A DNA stretch of 63,480 nt, filler included, from Choristocarpus tenellus KU-1152 (taxonomy: Eukaryota > Protista > Phaeophyceae), in assembly GCA_964200185.2 (NCBI GenBank). It is 12 parts of 12 records of this genome, joined end to end, with 100 filler letters (N's around TTAATTAATTAA, not from the genome) between each part and the next. Parts side by side here need not be neighbours in the genome. Positions count along the whole stretch, not along the records: positions 9,147 to 14,061 come from CAXNAD020012549.1; positions 14,162 to 17,495 come from CAXNAD020020738.1; positions 17,596 to 20,186 come from CAXNAD020026476.1; positions 20,287 to 22,973 come from CAXNAD020025650.1; positions 23,074 to 31,319 come from CAXNAD020004941.1; 7 more parts are not named here. One strand, given 5' to 3'. The notes under the pieces were generated by a model, which had not been told where the DNA came from, ran no database searches, and worked only from the letters and a program-made list of their open reading frames with translations. Of the stretch, positions 12,674 through 23,834 are shown one piece after another. The position numbers and the translations under genes are program-made. Each line of letters begins with the position of its first letter. The first letter of the stretch is position 1.

Positions 12674-15634
12674 CTGTTGTGTATGTGGGTGTGTTTTTTC
12701 AAGATAGGGTTGAGGTGAGGGCATAGATGGACCACCTGATCCAATATATATATATATATTGGGTAGATGAACATGGTGTCATGAGTATAGGGTGGGACGT
12801 TGGGTGTGCGAGACTACTCTGTAGCCAATGGCCAACAGATTTTTTTTTTTTGGGGGGTATTTAATTCAGCAATTCATATTCTTAAGGAACACAGAGCTAG
12901 TATACCAAAAACTCTACCAGCAGTGCACTCTAGAAAGCACATGTTGTGCTATGTAGCAGGAGGAAAGGAGTGCTAGAGTCATCCCCTCAGCATGGGGCAC
13001 GCAGAACCATATGAAACACAGAAAAATAATATGAACAGAAGGGAAAGAGTTAATTAGCATTGAGTCAATCCAGTTAAGATCTCTGGTGACCCTGGACCCG
13101 CCCTGTTGAGGCATCCTGACTGCGGACAGCCCAATAATATATATATATATATATATTTTTTCCGTTCACAAAACTGTGCCAGGTGCCCAATCAAATTCAA
13201 TGCAAAATATGGCGCCACAAAAATAATAAACTTGAATCAATACAGTGCAGGATAGTACGAAATAACCTATTTGGCTCCATACATGTAATGATTAAGCCCT
13301 AACCCTAACCCTAACCTCCTTTGGCGACGGATTTCATCTCACCTAAATCTCCGCCAATCACACAAAAATCAGAACCTGCATCTTGATGCTCTCTATCAAG
13401 AATCTGGGCTCAAAAAACCACTTCCTTTGTTCTTTTTTCTTCTATTGAATACTTTAAATGACCATGACCAGACAAAAACCCAACAAATCGATTGGCTGCT
13501 TCGCCTTGAACAACTTGAATATATATATATATATATATTAAATTATCCATTTATTTTATTCTTTTTTTTGTTTTGGATTTGTCATCTTATCCACTAGAGC
13601 TAGAGCTTAAAAACAAAACAAAACATTTTTCCCCTTGTGCAATGTCGCTAATCTCTGATGCACCGACTGAACACTGGAAATATTTATACAGCTAAGGAGG
13701 CGGTTTAAACCCAGGTGAACCCTGTGAGACTGCCTTGGCGCATGCCCCAATCTCACGTTTTTCAGTTCTTAGGGTTAGGGTCAAAAGCTCGCGTAACCTC
13801 ATTTCTGCAAGTGCGAGCATATATATATATATTTTTTTCTTTTTTAAATGATAAAAACTAAACAAGTCAACCAATAACCGTCTTTTTCAAAATTAGAGCG
13901 AATATGCATTCCCTCTGGAGGAGGACTCAGTTTTGATTGGTTTGATTTTCAACACCTTGGGGGAGAGACACCCCAGAAAGTCTGTAGTTAATTCAACCCC
14001 CCTCCCCCCCCCCCCGTCCGGACCAAACCTCTGAAAAAAATCAAGCGCATTTGGGTTTATCNNNNNNNNNNNNNNNNNNNNNNNNNNNNNNNNNNNNNNN
14101 NNNNNTTAATTAATTAANNNNNNNNNNNNNNNNNNNNNNNNNNNNNNNNNNNNNNNNNNNNCCTAACCGGACTGGTTGAGGGGCCGGCGTGGTCATGACA
14201 ATGAACAGGGTCAGCTCTATGTGAGCAATAACATCTTGAGCTATATCATGCAGCGTATTGGATCTATGTGAGAAGGATACGGACAATGCCTCCGTGGGCA
14301 GCACGGCAAAGTTGGACCAGGTCACTCATTTATGATACACTGGAATTGTGTGAGCGTATTTATGTGGGACCGAGTTTGGGTGCGTGCAATGTGGGCTAAC
14401 ATCCCCCCCCCCGCCTACATCACCTCACAATACGATAGCTTGTCTGCTACAGGATTGAATACAAGGTTCTTGATTAAACAAATCAGAGGCAGGTTGGTTT
14501 ATCAACAAGGTTAGGGTTAGTGTTAGGGTCAAGGTATCGAAATCAGGGCTAAGGGTTCACTAGGAGAACTGGTGGTGATGGGGTGGCAGTCCCTTTTCAG
14601 GAATTCACCAAATCGAATCAACTTGTGTCGAGTGTACTTGAATGTGCTGCTTTTTGAAGAGTGTTGTGAGGGTCACAGGGTCTAGGGTCGGGGCGGATAT
14701 GGGGAATGATCTCCTCACTGAATATTCCTGGGTTCTAGGGGATGTAATCGGATTGCGGGAAGAGAGGAAGGTGTTCTGATGTTCTATTTCGAGCTGAAGC
14801 AAGGATGCATGTAAGTCCGGGAGGCAAGATCCGTATTGCCTCTACAATTGATAGCTTGTAAAGCTCAAGGGAGTTTTATACAGAGGGTCATGTTTATGGT
14901 AAGTGGGACTGCGGATTTGAAGTTAGGCTCGGGATAGCACTGCAAGCCACACGAGGGTGCAGTGTCGTTGGTAAGGATGAAGTCACTGAGACTGCATCTA
15001 CCATTGAAACACCAACGGAAATAGAATCACAACAAAGAGTACTGATAGAAAGGCTTTGTGTAGAAGGTATCACTCCAATTTTGTAATATCTTTGAGGACT
15101 AAACTCCACTTTGACAATCGTGCATAGGTTTATAAATTGCCACTACATCTACAATTACAGCATATTGTCACAACGGTATGACCCAGCTGCCGATGTATCC
15201 CTTGCCTTTTCGGCAAGCATGGGTGCTAGACAGAGTCGAGGGGGTTAGGTCCAAAGTCTTCTCGGGATGGCAGGCAGTGAGATACTTGCACGATAAATGC
15301 GGGCCAACGTAGTACAAGAGCAAAGTTGATGCAAGAAGTTCGGTACAGGGGCAAAGTTTAAAATCAAAGTCAGCAATACGCAATTGATCAACAGGTGCAC
15401 CTACATGTCAATCCATGAATCATGATAACCCCATGCATACTATCCAAATCGATCCACCATGTTAGGGTGATAAACATGTTAAAAGGGGAGGTCGACCATA
15501 TCGGCAGGGTCAGTATAGTCGACAAAAAGGACAGGGGCAAGACTACAATAGATAACTTAGGAATCCATAGTGCATGATAGAGAGGGCAATAATCTTGCAA
15601 CACGGATGCGAATCCCCACACCCAAGTTCCTCAC

Positions 15635-15780
15635 GGTATAAATTTGCCTAGCCAAACACGAGTCACAGTCCCGAAGGACATGGCCAGCAAGATGACTCCG
15701 AAGCTGATGAAGTCAATTGTATGCTCTTCCTCCTCTAAGTGCTCCTCTCCCATGGAGGAGTCTTCGTTCAGAAACCTCAT
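15635..15780 (-). CDS. Probable first exon of a SOS1/NHX7-like CPA1 Na+/H+ antiporter
   Basis: MRFLNEDSSMGEEHLEEEEHTIDFISFGVILLAMSFGTVTRVWLGKFIP|gtgagg resembles the SOS1 TM1 region before the PYTV motif. The next exon was not found in this contig. Confidence 0.45.
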
Positions 15781-16141
15781 ATCCGAGCACTAGGTGTCGA
15801 TTGTAAGTGGGGAAGAATAGGGAACAGAGTTGTCTCGTACCGACACCCTCTCGTCAAAGTAAAGGGCAACCTTCCGTCATAAAGATCACTAATGGGTTGT
15901 TGTCCAGAAGTTGAACCATTGCAAAATAACGAGGAATTTTTTTCAAATATGCAACATCCCGTCAAACTCCAAACTAGATTATATATCTTAATTCACTATA
16001 TTAGTACTAATAGTACAATAAACGACGAATGAGGGTTCGTTTGACCGTTGTACTGGTAACCTCAACACCTTTAAGCTGGAAAGTTTTGGGCGCCTCAGTA
16101 AGTAAGAAGAAATTTTTCTGGATGAGCTAGCTACGCACGCA

Positions 16142-16310
16142 GTAGGGGGGAGAGGGATAGGAGCCTACAGCAGGAAAGAGGCTGTCAAATCCCGTCTACG
16201 ACAGATAGTCTAGACGTGCCAAGTTTTTTAAGCTGGAGACGCCAGGGAGATGGGCAAGGAGGGGCTTGTCAGATTCTTGAGATGCTTCCTTAGCTCCTCA
16301 TCCTAGGGTG
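16142..16310 (-). repeat. Dispersed repeat family D, GC-rich part
   Basis: Reverse complement of gagctaaggaagcatc(c/t)caagaatc...cccatctccctggcgtctccagcttaa, also present at 16880-17265, 30970-31319 and 60340-60610. Confidence 0.8.
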
Positions 16311-16879
16311 CAGGACTAAGTTGGGTGGGAGGCACAGGAGGGTAGTGGTGTAGCATAGCTGGCAGTAAAATAAATAAATCAATTGTCTTTCACAATTTAC
16401 GACAACAACTGCTACTTGTTTAGGGGTTATTCTGATATTTGAATGGTTTTCTTTGGTCTGTCTCCTGCTGCATCTGTAAAACGTCAGATCGTATAATAAT
16501 AAAATACTTACACACACTTTTTAGATTGGGCTCCATACGTGTTGTTATGCCCTCGAATAATGCAGTTCATATTATTTACATATTATAACGTCCTCTGACA
16601 TTTTGCGAATGTATGTGTCGGGAAAAAGGCCAATGAAAAGTCAATTCAATATTCCTCGCACCCACACCATTCCCTTTGTGTTATGTCTTAGTTACACCAC
16701 CTTAGGACAAATACTCCAAACATATATATGTTGACCAAGAATTGTTCTAACACTTCTGGACCCAGAGGTATATTTTGAACCCTTGTCCTTTAGGAACACC
16801 TTTCAACGTATGCGGAAACCCCAATATTCCATACATGTAACCAAATATCGGTGCACCAGTATTTTTCGATATTAGAAAT

Positions 16880-17265
16880 TAGTAGGGGGGAGAGGAACTG
16901 GAGGATCTACCAGGAAAAGAGTAGTTAAATCCCGGCTATTCCAAATTGGAACTACGCAAGTGGCACTGTCTAGACCTGTCATGCGTCTTAAGCTGGAATC
17001 ACCAGGGAGACGGGCACGGAGGGGTTTATTGGATTCTTGGGATGCCTCCCTAGCTCCTCCCATGGCACAAGTATAGGTAGATTGGAGACACGAAATGGCA
17101 GTAGTACAACATAGATAGTGATGAAGTAACAAATGGATCAGTGTTTTTCACATTTATGACATTTATTTATTCAGGGCTTATATTGACAATGTGTATAGTT
17201 ATTATTGGTTTCCCCCCTGACACATCTCTAAAATGTCAGAGGGCATAATAATAAAAATATTAGAA
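16880..17265 (-). repeat. Dispersed repeat family D, near full-length copy
   Basis: Contains both the tattattatgccctctgacatttt...tgtcagggggaaacc hairpin module and the GC-rich module. Confidence 0.8.
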
Positions 17266-19504
17266 CTTTCAAATAGAAAATAGATACCTTTCACATTTAT
17301 GATAACCACCCCACCTCACCCCACCTCCTTCCTTGCTCCAATCACAACAACCACCACCACCACCTGCCCCCACTACTCCCCCCCCCTCCACAGATAATCT
17401 AGGCCACCTACCACCGCATCCGTGTCTGCCTTGGGGGGTCCATACTCCAAGTGTAGCATCTGCCCTTGACCAAGTCAAGATGGAGACCCTGGAGCNNNNN
17501 NNNNNNNNNNNNNNNNNNNNNNNNNNNNNNNNNNNNNNNTTAATTAATTAANNNNNNNNNNNNNNNNNNNNNNNNNNNNNNNNNNNNNNNNNNNNATGAA
17601 AAACTTGGCCCCCCCCCCAGATACTTTGAGTCCATGGAAACGTCAAGGGGGATCTTGCCCTATAGAGTCTACGGCTAGGTGCTACTACCCTTCTAACAGT
17701 GCTGAAAATCTATTTTTTTTATGTTCCTTCATATTGTGCAACATTGCAAGAAAGATTGGTTGCATAATGTGATTGAACCAGGACGCATTCCAAGCATTTC
17801 ATTAGATGTTTTGCTTGCCAAAATATGAACATGAGTTATTATGGTCCTCCTGTACCAAGTTGGGGTCCATACGAAAATATTTTTTCCACTCTTGTGCCGT
17901 ATCAAAACACGGTCAAAAGAAAAAGTAAGACATAATAATGTCCCCAGGCATGTGAGGGACCAATCCTCCACAAGGGACCCTGGGGGCATGGATAATATAA
18001 TGAATGCTCTCTGGTATGCCCCTGGAGATTCTGGTAGCCTAGAGGGATATTGAAATGTGAAGCGTTGATACAAAACCCCCTGGAGAGTCAGGATGATATC
18101 ACCAAAGGGGAGAAGCACTAGGTAGTGTCGATGCACCCCTTGTCGTCTTATACCATCATAGTATGTCATATCTTTCATTCCAGGGTTAACTCCTGGCCCG
18201 CGTTGGACTCAGCTTATCCCTTTACTAATATTTACTCAAAGTAAATGTTGCCTGTCTTCAGTTTAGTGCCCAAGTAAGTAGAACGGAAGTAAATTTTCCC
18301 TGCACATTTTGAGGACCTGATTGCTGTATAGCCAAGGGCTAAAGGGAGAACTGTGGTCTTGAAATTCCTCTGCATGCCTGCGTATCTCCCTCCCACTATT
18401 TCATGAGGAGTTGACCAAAGTGCTCTTCAAGCTGTAAGCAAGTTAGAGTACAGCGATGTCAAGCAATCATACCTACAGTTTCCCCCTCTCTCCCACATAC
18501 TCTCTCTCTGAGGAACCACTTTCAGAGAGCCCAAAGCAAAACATCCTGTACCTGGGGCTTTGAAGAGGATGCCGAAGATATATCTTGATGAACTACTTTT
18601 ACATTATTGTATTCCAAGAGGTTGTGACCAGCTCCCCCTTCATCTCCAGCTGAATACAACCACTAGTCACTCCATTTACATCCTAGCATTCACTTCTCCT
18701 ATCTAAGATGGCACTGCTGTCACCAAATGAATTTGATCTTTCCATAGCAGCCCTATCTTCCAGATTTTATAAATCCAAACTGCAATGGTACCTCCTAGTT
18801 CCCATCTTTCCTGTAAACATTACATCTTCTGGCAACATAAAATCTGTATCATACCCCATTAATAGCATATTTGCGTGTGGCTTGACCCTTTGTTATGCCT
18901 CACATCCTCTGTGGTACCAAACCTCTTCCATGGGCACTGTGTTTTGTTTTTCCCTCCCTCATCATTTACCCGGCCATGGATTGGTCTACTGATTTCTTTG
19001 CTGTGAAGAGTATTGTGACCCCAATCCTTGTCTCTCTCCCGGTCCCAAATCTGATCTCTGACATGTACTTGTACACAACAGGGCTTGTTCTCATCTCCAT
19101 GCTGAAGATCCTGTTCAAGGGCGCATTCTGTCCACATGGTGGCCTCATCCTCGATCCAAAGTCCTTTTCTATCCCTGCCCTTTCCTCTTTTCTTCTGACG
19201 ATTTTCTTCCACCCAAAGATCCGCCTGGAGCTGTAGGAGAGCTGCTAGGATGAAAGGTAAGACCCAGGCCCAGAGGGGAGGCCGAGTTGAATGGGCTTCA
19301 GCAAATGCCACCAAATATGAGCAGTCTTCCCCCATCCAAGCATACCATGGCCTGCATGCATTACAGTCAAGCCAAAATGCAATAAGGACCAGGTGAGGGG
19401 GGTGATAGTAGCTGTGGACATTCCAAGTGCATCTCAAATCCTGCATTTCCAAGCAGGATTGGATAATCTCTTCTTCAGAAAATGATTCATGAAGGCAGCC
19501 ACAC

Positions 19505-19558
19505 ATGGACATATTGGTTTGATATGGACATATTGGTTTGATATGGACATATTGGTTT
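19505..19558. repeat. 20-bp tandem repeat, nearly 3 copies (atggacatattggtttgat unit)
   Basis: Directly visible. Confidence 0.85.
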
Positions 19559-19746
19559 AAAATTATCTCAGTTCCCTTGCTCGAGATGGCCTGTGTGTGA
19601 AGATGTACTCATCATTAGTCAACATTTTCCAACCAAATTAAGGCGAGTCACCCAGAGTGCGAACAGTTGGTCTCTGATGCAGCACATTGCTGTTTGCTAC
19701 CCACACCTCGCAACATTAACAAGAAATACTTCAAGCAATGACTTTC

Positions 19747-20005
19747 GAGTGAAAGTATCTTAGAGGGTACGAGTTTTGCCGTGTTTGTCCGTTTGGGGCT
19801 TGACATCCCACGGGTTTTTAATGACATACTACCTCCTCCAAAATGTTTCCGATTAGGTCAAATGTATACGCTATGAAAAGATGTGTCCGGAACAAGGATA
19901 TCGACATCTCCTAACAATCACGATAGCCAAAATTACATCAAAATCGCAACATTGGGTTTTGGCCTCCAAATGGACGCGACTCTACCCTCTAAGATACTTT
20001 GGCTC
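19747..20005 (+). mobile_element. MITE family B, complete copy (259 bp), GAG...CTC termini, 4-bp TSD TTTC
   Basis: tttc|GAGTGAAAGTATCTTAGAGGGTA ... TACCCTCTAAGATACTTTGGCTC|tttc; homologous along its length to 62495-62749. Confidence 0.88.
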
Positions 20006-20035
20006 TTTCCCTCTCCTGTTAAGGTTTTAAAAGAT

Positions 20036-20186
20036 GACCCAAAGTATCTGTGAGGGGGGTGTGTGTGTACACCAGGGTGTCCATTTGGACCAAAATTAGG
20101 AAAAGTGCATTTACAGTATCCATCCGACGCATGCAACCAAATAACCCAAAAATCGCGACAGGAAAAAATTGACCCCAAATGGACAG
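20036..20186 (-). mobile_element. MITE family A copy truncated by contig end
   Basis: gacccaaagtatctg...tacaccagggtgtcc...tatccatccgacgcatgcaaccaaat...aaatggacag. Confidence 0.8.
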
Positions 20187-21096
20187 NNNNNNNNNNNNNN
20201 NNNNNNNNNNNNNNNNNNNNNNNNNNNNNNTTAATTAATTAANNNNNNNNNNNNNNNNNNNNNNNNNNNNNNNNNNNNNNNNNNNNGGGGGGGAGGGATG
20301 GGACAAGATAGAAATACTGTGGTGATTCCTTTGCCTTACCACCCTAACCCTACCTCTTCCTGTGATAAAGAGGGTGGATATGGGATATGCTGAAGGTAGT
20401 GATAATTCCTTTTTTCTAACCAAACTAAGGATTCTATCGAGTCTCAATCAAAATATATATTTTTTTAGCTGGATGTGTTGTGAGGTATTACTTTTAGTTT
20501 TTAGAGAGTTTTTGTAAGTGGCTAGAAAATGGGTTTCGGATCATTGCGTGTGCTTTTTTTTATATTTTGAAGGATTGTTGCCTCTTTTTATTACATTTTT
20601 AGCTCTTTTTATTATATTTTTAATTATTGTGGCCTCTTTTTATTACATTTAAAACTATTTTTCTTATGTTTTTAGTGATTGATACCTATTTTAATATATT
20701 TTTAATGATTGTTACCTGTTTCTATTTTTTTAGACTGTAATTAAGATATGATTTGCTTTTTATATGTAGTTAAATATGATTTACTTTTTGTATGGCATAC
20801 CGGTGGAGCTGTTAGTATAATACATGTGTAGAGTTATAAAAATTCATACAAGTATTACATAGTAGCATGCATTCATAATATGTCTCAATTTAGGTCTCTG
20901 TACCTATATATGTGTGGTCCTGGGCTGTGTTTAATTGTTTATGGTAGTTTACATACACATATATATATATATATATTATTTTTTTAATGTTGGTTGTATA
21001 GATATTGAAGTGTTTGGACAGATGTGGAGTTCCACACGAGAACATTAATGCTCAATACTACATTTTTTTTTTCAAGCTGACTTATTCTTCCAATGA

Positions 21097-21118
21097 CATA
21101 CATACATACATACATACA

Positions 21119-21154
<36 letters not shown>

Positions 21155-21196
21155 TATATATAGAGAGAGATATATATATATATATAGAGAGAGAGA
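21097..21196. repeat. (CATA)n/(TA)n/(GA)n compound microsatellite
   Basis: Directly visible. Confidence 0.95.
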
Positions 21197-23834
21197 CATG
21201 TGCATCCTCTTCCTTGACCTCTACATCTGATCTGCGTGGCATGGTATGTGAAGTATAGCTCTATAGTTAACGGTAGGTTTTAACCTTTAGTTCATTCAAA
21301 GGAATAAATTTAACCTTACCCTAATCAAGGTCGTCCTTTCTCATCCCCNNNNNNNNNNGATGGAGGTCCGACGTGTGCACTTCCGCTCTTCCCCCCTTCC
21401 CCACCCCCCCCCCCCCCCCCCTCCTCCCCCCTACCCCGCCCATTAATATGGTGGTGCTCCTGTGAACCTATCGGAATCCATCAGTGATGCTGCTGGGGAT
21501 GATGAGCCATGGGAGCGGTGTGGACCTACCAAGTACATCTACAATGGATCTGTGAGTGGCCTGGTGCATCTATTCATGTTGATATTACTATTAATGCCAT
21601 CAAATGTCAATATTATTATTGAGACAATGAAATGTTAGTAATAATATTGACATTAATGCAATAAAACATTAATGCTAGCATTAAGAAAACGAAATATTTA
21701 TAGTAACATTAATACAATGAAATGCTGATAATGACATTAATACAATGAATCGGCAGTGATGGTAACAGTGATGGTAGTAGCAGTTGGGGGGCACTCCTGT
21801 TGCTGGAAGGATGGATGTTGAGGGTCTTTGTAGCAGGCCGTAGGAATTAAAAAAAAAATGTCCCAATAATAATAAAAAAGTGAGGTCCGTGTGTATGTGT
21901 GCACTAGAGGAATGTCACAGCTTTTTTATATAGGGTTCAGGGGGGGGAAGGCAGTAAGGTCAATTTGTAGAATAAAAAAGTGTGCTTGAGATTTGCGATC
22001 GATACGCCTTCCTTCCTGCCCGCCGGAACTTACATCTCACTTTTTTTTTAGTTATTTCTTCTACGTTTCGTTTTTTTCTGTTTTTAGATTATATATTTTT
22101 ATTTGTTTTTATTTTTTCAAAATCACATCTGGGATCCCCTCGGACTCTAATTTGAATAATAGTACTACTGAGAATACCTTTTTTTTTTAATACTTGCACC
22201 TTTTTTTTTTTTTGGAATGTTATCCTTCTTTTGTGTATGAGTGAATGTGTGTGTGTGTGTGTTTCCTTGAAGCATGTCAGTGGTGTTGGATCATTCTTCC
22301 ACATTTCCAGCCAGATTCACAGCTCATACTAATGCTGTTCTTCTTGACCCTTACTCTCCCACCCGGCAGTGTGGTGACCCTTCACCAGTCATATGGCTAG
22401 ATCCTTCGTAATATCACCACTATCATCTCAAGCCCTAACCCTAACTCTATGTCCTCTGCAGTAGTTGTTACCTTAATACAACCATTAGTATTGTTAACTA
22501 CTATACTGTGTCTGGAAATATGTATATATATATATATGTACCTTTTTTATGTGCCACATAGTATTTTTCTTTCCTCAACAAATCCAGTTTAATATCACGT
22601 TGATAATTTTTTCTGTACTCCTTTACTACAACGGTTGTCCTACTACTACACTGTAAGTCTTATTTCGTTCTTGTTGTAAGTTTTTTTATTATTGTAAATA
22701 CAAGAATAGAAAATATGTAGACATAAAATATATATATATCGTTCATGTTTCTCTTAGTGTAGAAGGACCCCACTCCCACCAATCCAAATTCTCATTCATT
22801 CTGAACTTGATATAAATGTATACATGTTCAATATTTTTTGTTTTGTTTTTATCATCTACTTATCTTAAGATGAACAAATACATCCTTATTTTAATCACTC
22901 CTCTTATCTATCTATACATGTATGTATATATATATATATATTTCTCCTCTTCCAGCTTGAAGTATCTGGGGGGNNNNNNNNNNNNNNNNNNNNNNNNNNN
23001 NNNNNNNNNNNNNNNNNTTAATTAATTAANNNNNNNNNNNNNNNNNNNNNNNNNNNNNNNNNNNNNNNNNNNNAGGAGCCCAAAAAAAAAAAAAAAAACG
23101 GGGTCGTGCCCTAAATTTTTTTTTTTCCCCCCCGCAAACAAAAACCCCCCCCCCCCCCCCCCATCTCATCACACAAAAAGAGATCAATACAAAGAGGCTT
23201 TTTCAACAACAACAAAAACACAGGGGACATGGAACCATTTTCTTCTTTTTTTAAGGGGTCCTACAAAAAATTCCACTACATATCATATTGTATTCACCTC
23301 AAATACGAACATTTCTATACACACATAACCTTCTACCGCCGCAGGGGTAACGTTTTGGTACAACATCTGTTCACAAGTCACGAAGTACAACAAGAGCAAA
23401 CTACATATTATCACACAGCTACACCATACTTCCAACAAGTATGGTCTACTTGTTTTGAACCCCTCGCACACTACCAGGTCACACTAATAATCCCACCCCA
23501 TTTCACAGACCCAAGGTTCATTCCCACCTTCCACATGAGATGTTCATCGGTAATTCTTCAATAAAGATTACAACGGATAACTCATACGGCTTATGAATAG
23601 GTTCACACACAAAAAAAGCTAGGCTCCACAGAATATACAGCAAATAGTCAAGAATAGTACAGGTTACTGCATTGCCACAGAATTCAGTCATCTTACAAAA
23701 ACCTTCCAATGCTCCTCCTCCAAACCTTCACCAACACTCTAGGGAACGTAGTGGATCAACCACACAACACCTTCCCTCACAAAAGCTACAAATTGAGGGT
23801 GATGAGAGCAGACCCTCTTCCACCCACAACACAC

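Noticed and set aside
17729-19512. 149-aa and 217-aa minus ORFs as retrotransposon gag/pol
   Set aside because: No zinc knuckle, protease, integrase, RT or RNase H motif recognised. The region is CpG-poor and may be an old repeat, but I cannot support a call.
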